Shown here: in pieces, positions 20,047 to 29,081 of the stretch | How the letters are laid out: every line of letters starts with the position of its first letter | Position numbering within the stretch: position 1 is the first letter of the stretch | Assembly (NCBI GenBank): GCA_965215265.1 | Contig: OZ244048.1 | Span: 192,001-256,000, forward strand | Direction: 5' to 3' | Source of the DNA: Candidatus Poribacteria bacterium | GTDB lineage: Bacteria > Poribacteria > WGA-4E > WGA-3G | DNA: 64,000 bases | Position numbers and translations under genes: made by a program | Notes under the pieces: model-generated | The model's database searches: none | Told to the model about the DNA's origin: nothing | What the model saw: only the letters and a program-made list of their open reading frames with translations

Positions 20047-21567
20047 TTAAGGAGTAACAGCCCTCGCACACCGGAACCCGAAGCTGTCGAACGTGTACGT
20101 CGGTGTACCCCCGTTGCGATCGGCGACACGCAGGGAACGTGAATTAAAGTTCCAACTCCCGCCACGCAACACGCGATATGACTTAACATGTGTGAATTTA
20201 TTTACAATCAAATCCAGATTCGATATGGTGTTCACGTCGCTCAGCGGATTCCGAGACGGCGAACTAAAATAGAAATCCGAATCATACGCATCCAGACACC
20301 ACTCGTAAACGTTGCCGGCCATGTCGAACAGCCCATACCCGTTCGCCACATAATCCCCCACAGCCGTTGTATCGTTTACAGTCCTATGGTAGTTCGCCTT
20401 CGCAGGGGATATCGTATTTCCCCACGGATACTTTAACCCTACCCAACCACCCCGTGCCGCTTTCTCCCATTCCGCCTCCGTTGGAAGCCGCTTACCTACC
20501 CACACGGAATATGCCATCGCCGCATACCACGACACATACGTCACAGGATGGTTCGCCTTACCCGAAGGATAGTTATTACCACTCCAATGGTTTAGGTAAT
20601 TACCATCATGGAGGGCATCCGGAAGACGCGTCTTCTGCCACTGCGGGTTCGCCAGCACAAAACGTTTGTATTCCAGATTCGTCACCTCGTGCGTGTCCAT
20701 GTAGAACGCGTCCACATACACCGTATGCACAGGCTGCTCGTCATTATCGGCATCGGCATCATCACTGCCCATCTGGAATGTGCCGGCGGGGATGAGCACC
20801 ATCCCGGCGGGTGCCGACGGCAGCTCGGTAGTGGGGGTGACCGGCGGCGAGGTAGTGCTACCGCTTGTGGTGCCGAAATTCTGCGCAACCAACACCAGAT
20901 CCGCTATATTCACTACATTATCACCGTTCACATCCGCGCTATTTTGACCCCGCACACCCAAACGCGCCGCTACTAGTGCCAGATCCGCTATATTCACTAC
21001 ATTATCACCGTTCACATCCGCTGGATTCTGCAGAGGATTCTGGGGTGCTGGCACAACTTCCCCATTTACCACACGTGGACTTATCGTCCTACCAGTCGCA
21101 TCCACCACCAGCACATCTGTTAACGTCAATTGCGACGATTTCACAGAGACTATCGCAAACGTCACCGATGCAAGTGTCCCTCCACCGCTGCTACTACCGC
21201 CTAGTGCTGTGGCACCTACCTTCACGCTGCCCCTGCCCACCTCTTCAATCGGCGGCACTACAAACGCACCCGCTGGCAGATAGCTCCCGTTTGCCGAGCG
21301 CACATACCGCAGTGCTGAGCTGTCATACTTCACCGTCGCTTCATACCCGGCAACCTGATTCCCGCTCGCTATCTGAAGTTGAATAGTGAATTCACGCCCT
21401 ACCGACGGCGAATTCACCGTGGCAGGCAAAATGCTCACTGTTTGCGCGTATACATCCCCAACACTACCTAAACTCAGAACCATACACGCCAACATAGACA
21501 ACATCATTGAACCGTTTTTAGCACACATTAAAGGGCTCCAAACCTTTGACACGTTTTTATCATACAT
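20047..21567 (-). CDS. Secreted cohesin + dockerin + FGE-sulfatase (SUMF1/CLec-fold) domain protein
   Basis: Signal peptide ending 'VYAQ'; cohesin-like beta domain; two 'DVNGDNVVNIADL' dockerin/EF-hand repeats; 'RLPTEAEWEKAARGG', 'DMAGNVYEW' and 'RVLRGGSW...GFRC'. Exact start codon uncertain. Confidence 0.88.
   Translation of the reverse strand: MYDKNVSKVWSPLMCAKNGSMMLSMLACMVLSLGSVGDVYAQTVSILPATVNSPSVGREFTIQLQIASGNQVAGYEATVKYDSSALRYVRSANGSYLPAGAFVVPPIEEVGRGSVKVGATALGGSSSGGGTLASVTFAIVSVKSSQLTLTDVLVVDATGRTISPRVVNGEVVPAPQNPLQNPADVNGDNVVNIADLALVAARLGVRGQNSADVNGDNVVNIADLVLVAQNFGTTSGSTTSPPVTPTTELPSAPAGMVLIPAGTFQMGSDDADADNDEQPVHTVYVDAFYMDTHEVTNLEYKRFVLANPQWQKTRLPDALHDGNYLNHWSGNNYPSGKANHPVTYVSWYAAMAYSVWVGKRLPTEAEWEKAARGGWVGLKYPWGNTISPAKANYHRTVNDTTAVGDYVANGYGLFDMAGNVYEWCLDAYDSDFYFSSPSRNPLSDVNTISNLDLIVNKFTHVKSYRVLRGGSWNFNSRSLRVADRNGGTPTYTFDSFGFRCARAVTP
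20895..21021. repeat. Exact 43-bp direct repeat encoding the two dockerin halves
   Basis: CCAGATCCGCTATATTCACTACATTATCACCGTTCACATCCGC at 20895-20937 and 20979-21021. Confidence 0.9.
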
Positions 21568-21677
21568 TACATACCTCTAAATGCCGCGAAACGCTCGCCG
21601 CTAAATCGGAGTGCTTGGAGCCGGGACCGCCGCGTCAAACGCAGACGGCACAAACCCCTTTACACATCTGTCTCCCT

Positions 21678-21917
21678 TTACTTCCTTATCAACATCTTCT
21701 GCGTCGCGGAGAAGTCGCCCGCACACAGCGTATAGAAATAGATACCACTTGCAACACGCTCACCATGCTCGTTACGCCCATCCCAATACGCGGCGCGTGC
21801 CTTGCTCTCGTAGCGGCCCGCCGCTTGATGTCCCAATGCTAACGTCCGGACTAACCGCCCGTCCAACGCATAGATAGATATCTCCACATCCGATGGCACT
21901 GCCAGCTGGTATAGCAA
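21678..21917 (-). pseudogene. C-terminal fragment of a secreted protein (FlgD-Ig/T9SS-sorting-like domain only)
   Basis: 'YQLAVPSDVEISIY...GRLVRTL...AAYWDGRNEHGERVASGIYFYTL...KMLIRK'; lacks the start of the domain and any passenger. Confidence 0.75.
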
Positions 21918-22149
21918 CCACGTCTCTTCGTACGATGACGTACAGTATCTATGCCGTTATGGCAACGGTTGCTTTTATACAAGTTTATCAGAAAACAACA
22001 CTTTTTGGCAAAGTTTACAGTATCGCACAATGAACATTTTATTGTCAACTCTTTTTTTCAAATTTTTTCGCCTCTTTCAGCACGTCACCGACGGTTTTTT
22101 GGTATCTTTCAGCACATAAGACAATGCAAAACAGAGATTGGCCCTGGCG

Positions 22150-22255
22150 ACATTTGTACAACGGTTATCAAAACATCAGACGACATCGATGGACTCAAAT
22201 ACACAAAAATCGGATGTCACATCACATAAACCCGTATAGTACCGAGATAGACAAG
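22150..22255 (+). repeat. Degenerate copies of the ~61-bp dispersed repeat
   Basis: '...acatcagacgacatcgatggactcaaatacacaaaaatcg' and 'acataaacccgtatagtaccgagatagacaag' resemble units at 31150-31376; abuts the stop codon of the 22257 gene. Confidence 0.45.
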
Positions 22256-22256
22256 T

Positions 22257-22751
22257 TTATCTTGCAGGCCCAATCAGCAGCACCGCGGCTGGCAGCGATG
22301 TCTTTTCCGAGTTTTCAAACGCTCTATTGATACTGCGCATGTCAGCATCAGTTGCCAATATCTCATAAGGCAAACTCCACGCGTGCAACGTCGGCTCCAA
22401 CAATGTCGCGACTGAATCAACCCACTGGCCATTTTCATCTCGATTATGATAGCCACGATACCCGATGAAGACTACAACGGGTATCTGCATATTTATAACT
22501 GTGCCGCGGATAGCATCGCCGGATGCCAGAAAGCCTGTGTTCTGGATGATGATAACAGGTCGTTTGCCGCCGACATACAACCCGGCGGCGATGGCGAATG
22601 CCTCGCCCTCGCGGGTTACCGTGATGACTTCAATGTCTGATTCTACCCGGAGGCAGTCATAAATTTTCGCACTGCCATTATCTGGAACGCCCACAGCATG
22701 TGTGATATTCCATTTTTTCATTTCATCCACTATGTTTTGTGCTGATACCAT
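22257..22751 (-). CDS. TPP-enzyme N-terminal (Pyr) domain, ComD/sulfopyruvate- or phosphonopyruvate-decarboxylase alpha-like
   Basis: 'GVPDNGS', 'VTREGEAFAIAAGLYVGG', 'IQNTG' and 'IGYRG'. Confidence 0.8.
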   Translation of the reverse strand: MVSAQNIVDEMKKWNITHAVGVPDNGSAKIYDCLRVESDIEVITVTREGEAFAIAAGLYVGGKRPVIIIQNTGFLASGDAIRGTVINMQIPVVVFIGYRGYHNRDENGQWVDSVATLLEPTLHAWSLPYEILATDADMRSINRAFENSEKTSLPAAVLLIGPAR

Positions 22752-22919
22752 CTCGGACTCCTATGTGCGTTCTGACAAAATGCATGAGGGACAGATGTAG
22801 ATTTCTGTCCCGATTCAGGCCCCTAATATCTAGCCAAGGATTTCTGTCAAGTTATCAGAAAATCACGGACACAAGATTTTGGCTGGATCGGATAACCTCA
22901 TAACCGCTTGCAGCTCAGC

Positions 22920-24863
22920 TTACCTTCTGCCTTCAACTAAAGCGTCAACGACTGTTGCATCTGCGAGCGTTGAAATGTCGCCGAGGTCAGTGATGTCACC
23001 TTCTGCAATTTTGCGAAGAATACGCCGCATAATCTTACCAGAGCGGGTTTTCGGTAAAGCGGGCGCAAACTGAATCTTATCCGGTGTCGCGATGGGCCCG
23101 ATATGTTGGCGTACCGCTTGTTTAACGCCTGTCTCTACTTCATCGGATGGGGTTTCCCCTGTCATGAGCGTGACATACGCATAGATGCCTTGCCCTTTGA
23201 TATCGTGTGGATATCCGACAACTGCAGCTTCTGCTACTGCCGAATGCTGTCCGATCGCGCCTTCAACTTCGGCGGTGCCTAACCTGTGTCCGGAGACATT
23301 TAGCACGTCATCAACGCGGCCCGTGATCCAATAGTAGCCGTCTTCATCACGGCGTACCCCGTCGCCTGTCATATAGTAGCCGGGGAAACGTCTGAAATAG
23401 GTATCAATAAACCGCTCGTGGTCTCCGTAAACTGTTCGCATCATGCCGGGCCACGCTGTTTTGATGCACAGATAACCTGATGCGGGATTTCCTTCTACCT
23501 CATTGCCGGCTTCGTCCAAAATGACCGGTTGAATGCCGAAGAAGGGGAAGGTTGCGGACCCCGGTTTCAGCGGGGTGGCACCAGGCAGTGGCGTGATTAG
23601 AATCCCGCCGGTTTCAGTTTGCCACCAGGTATCGACAATCGGGCAGCGTTTCTCGCCCACTGTGTTATAGTACCAAAGCCACTCAGGCTCTTTAATCGGC
23701 TCCCCTACCGTTCCAAGCAGTCTGAGTGAGGTTCTCTCATACCTCTGAACCCATTGGTCTCCCTCTTTCATCAAGGCACGTAACGCCGTAGGTGCGGTGT
23801 AAAAGAGATTAATATTATGCTTTTCCACCACCTGCCAAAACCGGCTGAAGTTTGGATAGTTCGGCACGCCTTCAAACATTACGGTAATAGAACGGTTTGC
23901 AAGGGGGCCATAGATAATATAGGAATGCCCAGTAATCCAACCAATATCTGCTGTGCACCAATAGATATCACCCTCATGATAGTCAAAAATTTGTTGATGC
24001 GTATAAGAGGTGTAAACGAGATACCCGCCTGTCGTATGCAGCACACCCTTAGGTTTGCCCGTTGAGCCGGAGGTGTAGAGTATGAAGAGCGGGTCTTCAG
24101 CATCCATGACTTCAGGCTCACACTCGGTGTCTGCCTCCGCCATCGCTTGGTGCCACCATACATCACGCCCTGAGTCAAAATCAACTTCGTCGCTGGTGCG
24201 TTCCACGACAATAACCTTTTCAACGGAAGGGCATTCTGATACAGCAGCATCGGCGTTCGCTTTCATCGGAATATCGCTTCGGGGACCGCGCATTGCGGTG
24301 TCTTGGGTTATGAGTAGTTTGCACGTCGAATCCTGAATCCGGTCACGTAGGGATTCCGCCGAAAAGGCACCGAAGACGATCGAGTGGATAGCTCCAATCC
24401 GGGCACAAGCTAACATGGCAATTGCCAATTCCGGTACCATCTGTAGATAAATACAAACCCGGTCGCCCTTGTGAACGCCTTGTGCTTTTAGGACATTGGC
24501 AAATTTTTTCACTTCTGCTAAGAGTTCGTTGTAGGTGAATGTTTTATCTTCGGAAGGATGGTTTCCTTCCCAAATAAGAGACGTTACGTCGCCGTGTCCA
24601 GCTTCAACGTGCCGGTCCAAGCAGTTATAGCATGCATTTAGAGTGCCTCCTTTAAACCATTCAATGTTCGCGTTGATAAAATCATAATCGCAAACGGTGT
24701 TCCATTTCTGATACCATGTCAGTCGTTCTGCGACATTTGCCCAGAATGCCTCCGAATCTCTAATGGATTCAGCATACTGTTCGTGGTATGCTTCTAAACT
24801 ATTGACATGTGCTTCACCGATAGGATAGTCAGTCTCCATCGGCGGGAAAAGGTTATTAACCAT
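22920..24863 (-). CDS. acs: Acetyl-CoA synthetase
   Basis: '[11 protein letters not shown]', '[10 protein letters not shown]' and '[16 protein letters not shown]'; AGGAG before ATG 24863. Confidence 0.96.
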   Translation of the reverse strand: MVNNLFPPMETDYPIGEAHVNSLEAYHEQYAESIRDSEAFWANVAERLTWYQKWNTVCDYDFINANIEWFKGGTLNACYNCLDRHVEAGHGDVTSLIWEGNHPSEDKTFTYNELLAEVKKFANVLKAQGVHKGDRVCIYLQMVPELAIAMLACARIGAIHSIVFGAFSAESLRDRIQDSTCKLLITQDTAMRGPRSDIPMKANADAAVSECPSVEKVIVVERTSDEVDFDSGRDVWWHQAMAEADTECEPEVMDAEDPLFILYTSGSTGKPKGVLHTTGGYLVYTSYTHQQIFDYHEGDIYWCTADIGWITGHSYIIYGPLANRSITVMFEGVPNYPNFSRFWQVVEKHNINLFYTAPTALRALMKEGDQWVQRYERTSLRLLGTVGEPIKEPEWLWYYNTVGEKRCPIVDTWWQTETGGILITPLPGATPLKPGSATFPFFGIQPVILDEAGNEVEGNPASGYLCIKTAWPGMMRTVYGDHERFIDTYFRRFPGYYMTGDGVRRDEDGYYWITGRVDDVLNVSGHRLGTAEVEGAIGQHSAVAEAAVVGYPHDIKGQGIYAYVTLMTGETPSDEVETGVKQAVRQHIGPIATPDKIQFAPALPKTRSGKIMRRILRKIAEGDITDLGDISTLADATVVDALVEGRR

Positions 24864-24957
24864 TCTGTTTCTCCTGTCTAGGATGGGAGGAGTTACTTCC
24901 GCCCATGTGTTGTTTTCTCTCATCCTAAAATTATACTATAACGAATTCTGGAATCTG

Positions 24958-25680
24958 TCAACTCCAACTGAGCGCCACTATGTCCATCGTCATTGCGACA
25001 AGCCAGTGTATGGCCGCCCCATAGATAAAAGAGCGCGTCTCGAGAGCCAATACACCAAGGAATATACCTGCAACGATTGAGCCAATTGCCTCCGGCAAAG
25101 GCTTAGAATAGTGCATGATTGCAAATGGAACCGTCTGGATGAGGATACTATACTTCCCGAATCGTCGTTCTAATCCGAATAACATGAACCCACGAAAGAA
25201 AAATTCCCATGAAAACATGTAAACTCCGTATGCGAGTTGGTACGGCAGGAATGTCTGCCAACTGTCCGCGACGACTTTGCAAAGGGGGTACTTTTTAACG
25301 AAGGGTGGGTAAACCATCACTGCTGCGATAACTGTTGGAATCATAAGGAACCACGCACCTAATGTCACACTCCAACCGAGTTTCTGGCTCCCCAAACGAA
25401 ACCCGTACTCGTTCAGAGGTGTCTTTGTTCCGAATATAGCAACGAGAGCGGGAATCAGTAACAGCATGAGTGCCGTAGTTAAAAACCAGTAGTAATATGG
25501 ATAACTCTCTGCCAGCGGTCCGTCTCCGAAGGCGGCTGCGAAATGGAGTCGAAAAAAACGCGGACGGCTATAATACCTGTCGAGTGTTAATAGCAGCGAA
25601 GCAGTGAGCAAAATTACTGTCACTTGCCGTTCCCAGCCTTGTACATATTTTTCTTTTAATGTTTGGCGGCGCGAATTCAC
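24958..25680 (-). CDS. CPBP (CAAX/Abi) family intramembrane metalloprotease
   Basis: 'WEFFFRG', 'FAIMHY' and 'AAIHW' motifs; multiple TM helices. Confidence 0.85.
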   Translation of the reverse strand: MNSRRQTLKEKYVQGWERQVTVILLTASLLLTLDRYYSRPRFFRLHFAAAFGDGPLAESYPYYYWFLTTALMLLLIPALVAIFGTKTPLNEYGFRLGSQKLGWSVTLGAWFLMIPTVIAAVMVYPPFVKKYPLCKVVADSWQTFLPYQLAYGVYMFSWEFFFRGFMLFGLERRFGKYSILIQTVPFAIMHYSKPLPEAIGSIVAGIFLGVLALETRSFIYGAAIHWLVAMTMDIVALSWS

Positions 25681-25821
25681 ATTGAATATCCTATGCGTTT
25701 TATGTTATTATACCATAGCATACACTTTTTCTGGAAGGCAGATATAGATGGTATATTACACACCTTAAAATCCACAGAATATGAACCTGAGAACAAAATC
25801 ATTCTACGGTACAAAAAAAGT

Positions 25822-26889
25822 ATGCGTGAGCTTGAACAAATTAACCGTATTTTAATCATAAGACTGGCTCCACTGGGGGAAACGATTTTAACAACGCCCG
25901 TTATTCGTGCGTTACGCCATCGTTTCCCAGATGCCTATATTGCCTATATGGTGGCACCCCAACGAGAAGAGTTGATTGCAGCAAATCCGCATCTGGATGA
26001 GGTGCTTACATATACATCCTCGGTACCACGCCTTATTTATCAGTTTGTGCGTAGGAGATTTCAGATGGCAGTGGTACTGCAACCGACGTTCCGTTTGGTA
26101 CTACACACATTTCTCGCCAGAATTCCTTTCCGCGTCGGATTTGAAACGAATAAGGAAGGGAGACTGCGCAAAATGCGCTTGCAAGCTGCACGCTATATGC
26201 TAAACCTGGTTGTGCCGAATAATACCGATCAGCATGAAGTGCAACGCTATCTTGATGTTGTCCGTTGGCTAGGTATTGATACAGTAAATGATGAGCCTGA
26301 GGTTTTTGTAGATAGTGCTGCTGCTGCCTGGGCAGACAATTTCTTCGAAAAACTGAACCTTGATGCCGGTCGTCCTTTAATAGGGCTTAACCCAGGGGCA
26401 GCGACAACCTATCGCCGATGGCCGAGGAATAATTTCGCTATTCTTGGTGATAGGCTTCGCAAAGCTTATCACGCACACATCATCATTACGACAGGGCCCC
26501 AGGAAGGCGAGCTCGCAGTTCAGATAGCAGACCAGATGCGGTTTTCTCCTGTTATTGTTAATGATACGACACCAATGCAGCTGGCTGCACTGCTTCAGCG
26601 TTGTCATCTCTACATTAGCAACGATACTGGTCCAATGCACTTAAGTACTGCGGTTAAGACTCCAACTATCGCGCTATTTGGCGCGTCAAACCCGCTGCAA
26701 TGGGGTCCGCCGTGGGGTAGTCATAAAATAGTTACTGCCAAAGACTGTTACTTTATGAGAACGTTATCACCGAAAGAATGGAATGCACATACTGAGATTG
26801 CACGTCAGAATCTGGAGGCGATTACTCCAGACGCAGTCATGGCTACAGTGGAGAAACTTAGATGGAAAAGCGGAATCGCGATACATTGA
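25822..26889 (+). CDS. Glycosyltransferase family 9 (LPS heptosyltransferase-like)
   Basis: 'RILIIRLAPLGETILTTP', 'LNPGA...RRWP' and 'SNDTGPMHL'. Confidence 0.9.
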   Translation: MRELEQINRILIIRLAPLGETILTTPVIRALRHRFPDAYIAYMVAPQREELIAANPHLDEVLTYTSSVPRLIYQFVRRRFQMAVVLQPTFRLVLHTFLARIPFRVGFETNKEGRLRKMRLQAARYMLNLVVPNNTDQHEVQRYLDVVRWLGIDTVNDEPEVFVDSAAAAWADNFFEKLNLDAGRPLIGLNPGAATTYRRWPRNNFAILGDRLRKAYHAHIIITTGPQEGELAVQIADQMRFSPVIVNDTTPMQLAALLQRCHLYISNDTGPMHLSTAVKTPTIALFGASNPLQWGPPWGSHKIVTAKDCYFMRTLSPKEWNAHTEIARQNLEAITPDAVMATVEKLRWKSGIAIH

Positions 26890-28385
26890 AAATCTCAGAT
26901 GAACTTTGCATCAAAAATCGCCTTGCTGCGATTCGTGGCAGAATGCGCCGGCAAGTCTTCTTGCAAACATTAACAAAGGCTGTCTTTTATGGGCTGTTTT
27001 TGCTTGTTATTCTGTTTATTGCCGGTCGGATAATTTACCTGCCAGTCCGAATTACGTACATCAGTGTTCTAGTCCTTTTAGGTGCAATTGTTATCAGTAT
27101 CAGCCTGAGTTTCAGGCATCTGAAGGATTTACGAACTGTGGCGTGCACCGTAGACCGGAAGATGGAGTTGAAGGAGCGATTCAGCACAGCGTTTGAATTA
27201 ATAGACGCTGAGACAGAGCTCGGAGACGAACGCAGCGAATTCGCGAAATTCCAAATCTCGGATGCCGCGAATGCCGTTGCCATGCTGGATATCGCAAAGA
27301 TCAGTCCGTATCGCCCACCGCGACTCCTAAAGGCATTTCCAATTCCACTTCTGTTAATTGCGCTCTCTTTTACTGTTCCACGTGTTTATGAGGTACCACC
27401 ACCACTCAATGCTGCTCAAAAGAAAGTGGTTAATCGCGCTATTCAAAACCTTGCAGATGAGGAGGTGGAAAATCAGACGCTGCAGAAACGTTTACAAGAA
27501 ACAGTCAAACGTTTGAAAACTGCATCCGATGTTAACACGGTTGAGAAGCAACTCAGTGCTTTGACGCAGGAAGTGCGCAAACAGAAATTAGCACAAATTG
27601 CTATTAATAAAGCAACCGAAGCAGTACCCCGCTTGAGTGGTATGGATCCCAAGCAACTCGCAGCGGAATTGGAAACTATGGCGGAACAACCTGAGTTGTC
27701 TCCTGAACTCCAAGGTGAACTTGCTGCCCTCTTTGCACGAATCGCTAAAACAGTCCATCAGCCTTCGCTAAGTGATGCATTGGAAGAGATTCAAGGAAAG
27801 CCGGTTACTCAGAAAACGCTTCAGGACATTGTTGATACACTGCGGCAGATAGAGCAACTCGATCGGCTTGAACAATTGGAAACTCAACTAATAGAAAGCC
27901 GCAAGGAGCTTGCTTTGGCGAATATTGACATGCAACGACAGGGAAATAGGACTGCTAATACTAGGGGTGTCCCAGGCCAAGAGGCAGGTAGTGAGAAAGT
28001 GCAAGGCACCCTTGAACAAACTACGGATGGGAAAGCAGCCTTAGAGGGTACGTCGATAAATGATGAAGTGAAGAAAAACAAGACAAAAGATGGTGAACTG
28101 GCCCCACTTATGGGTGATGCCGCCTCGGCAGGACAAGTTGTAGGGACACAAATGACTGTGACAACACCATCAACAACGGATTCGCAGCGTTTTTCGAGAG
28201 TTTTTACAGGCGATCGGCCTTTGGATGCAGGTGATGGTGATCAGCCTTATCAACGTTTTAGTGATGTTGTGCTGAGTGCAAGACGGGAATATGCTCAGGC
28301 TATTGAGAATAAACGAATTCCAGTTCGATATCAAAAACAAATTAAAGTCTATTTGGAGGTAATTACGACGTTAGATGAGAAATAG
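26862..28385 (+). CDS. Hypothetical membrane-anchored coiled-coil protein
   Basis: Two N-terminal TM helices, 'LKERFSTAFE', a long helical region and C-terminal 'IPVRYQKQIKVY'. Confidence 0.65.
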   Translation: MEKRNRDTLKISDELCIKNRLAAIRGRMRRQVFLQTLTKAVFYGLFLLVILFIAGRIIYLPVRITYISVLVLLGAIVISISLSFRHLKDLRTVACTVDRKMELKERFSTAFELIDAETELGDERSEFAKFQISDAANAVAMLDIAKISPYRPPRLLKAFPIPLLLIALSFTVPRVYEVPPPLNAAQKKVVNRAIQNLADEEVENQTLQKRLQETVKRLKTASDVNTVEKQLSALTQEVRKQKLAQIAINKATEAVPRLSGMDPKQLAAELETMAEQPELSPELQGELAALFARIAKTVHQPSLSDALEEIQGKPVTQKTLQDIVDTLRQIEQLDRLEQLETQLIESRKELALANIDMQRQGNRTANTRGVPGQEAGSEKVQGTLEQTTDGKAALEGTSINDEVKKNKTKDGELAPLMGDAASAGQVVGTQMTVTTPSTTDSQRFSRVFTGDRPLDAGDGDQPYQRFSDVVLSARREYAQAIENKRIPVRYQKQIKVYLEVITTLDEK

Positions 28386-29046
28386 TATTAAATTCATTAT
28401 TACTGTTTTAATTATTGTTGGTGTCTATTTTCTACTAAGACACTATGGGGCGACTGATGCTATCCGGTTAGAGAACGTTCCGGAAATCAAAACGTGGGTA
28501 GCGAGTTTTGGCGCGATAGCTCCGCTTGTATATATTGGGTTATACATTGCTGCGACGGTTTTCTTCCTGCCGGGGCTTCCAACAACAGTGCTGGCTGGCA
28601 TCGCATTCGGGCCAGTATGGGGTGTTATTTACGCATGGATAGCTTCTATCATCGCGGTTTCGGTTGCTTTCCTCATTGCTCGCTACACTGCACGCAGTCT
28701 TGTTGAAAGTTGGGTTGCCGGCAACGAACAATTCAAAAAAGTAGATGAAGGAGTCAAACAGCAAGGTTGGCGGATTCTGATGTTTACAAGGTTGATGCCA
28801 ATTTTTCCCTACAACTTCCAAAATTATGCCTACGGTATCACGCAAATAAGGTTTTCGACCTATATTATGGTTTCGGCAGTATTTATGTTACCTGGTACCA
28901 TCGCTTGGGTACAAATTGGGGCTTCGTTAGTCAGTGGAGAAGGCGACATCTGGAAGACGATGCTCTATCTCGCGCTCGCGGGAGTTTTTATTTTGTTACT
29001 TTCCTTCATTCCAAAGTTCCTCCGCAAACGTCAACCGGATTTGTAG
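28375..29046 (+). CDS. TVP38/TMEM64 (DedA/SNARE-associated) membrane protein
   Basis: 'FLPGLP...AGIAFG' and 'RLMPIFPYNFQNYAYG'. Confidence 0.9.
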   Translation: MRNSIKFIITVLIIVGVYFLLRHYGATDAIRLENVPEIKTWVASFGAIAPLVYIGLYIAATVFFLPGLPTTVLAGIAFGPVWGVIYAWIASIIAVSVAFLIARYTARSLVESWVAGNEQFKKVDEGVKQQGWRILMFTRLMPIFPYNFQNYAYGITQIRFSTYIMVSAVFMLPGTIAWVQIGASLVSGEGDIWKTMLYLALAGVFILLLSFIPKFLRKRQPDL

Positions 29047-29081
29047 TGGGTTCAGATGGCTGCTATCTCATAAAACCGAAT

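Noticed and set aside
20188-21386. Several 80-170 aa plus-strand ORFs opposite the FGE gene
   Set aside because: Antisense shadows of a GC-rich coding region with no recognisable motifs.
19690-22250. A complete DGR cassette (RT, Avd, template repeat) near the FGE gene
   Set aside because: No RT-like ORF and no AAC-rich second copy of the 3' region was found in the window; only the target-like signature is reported.
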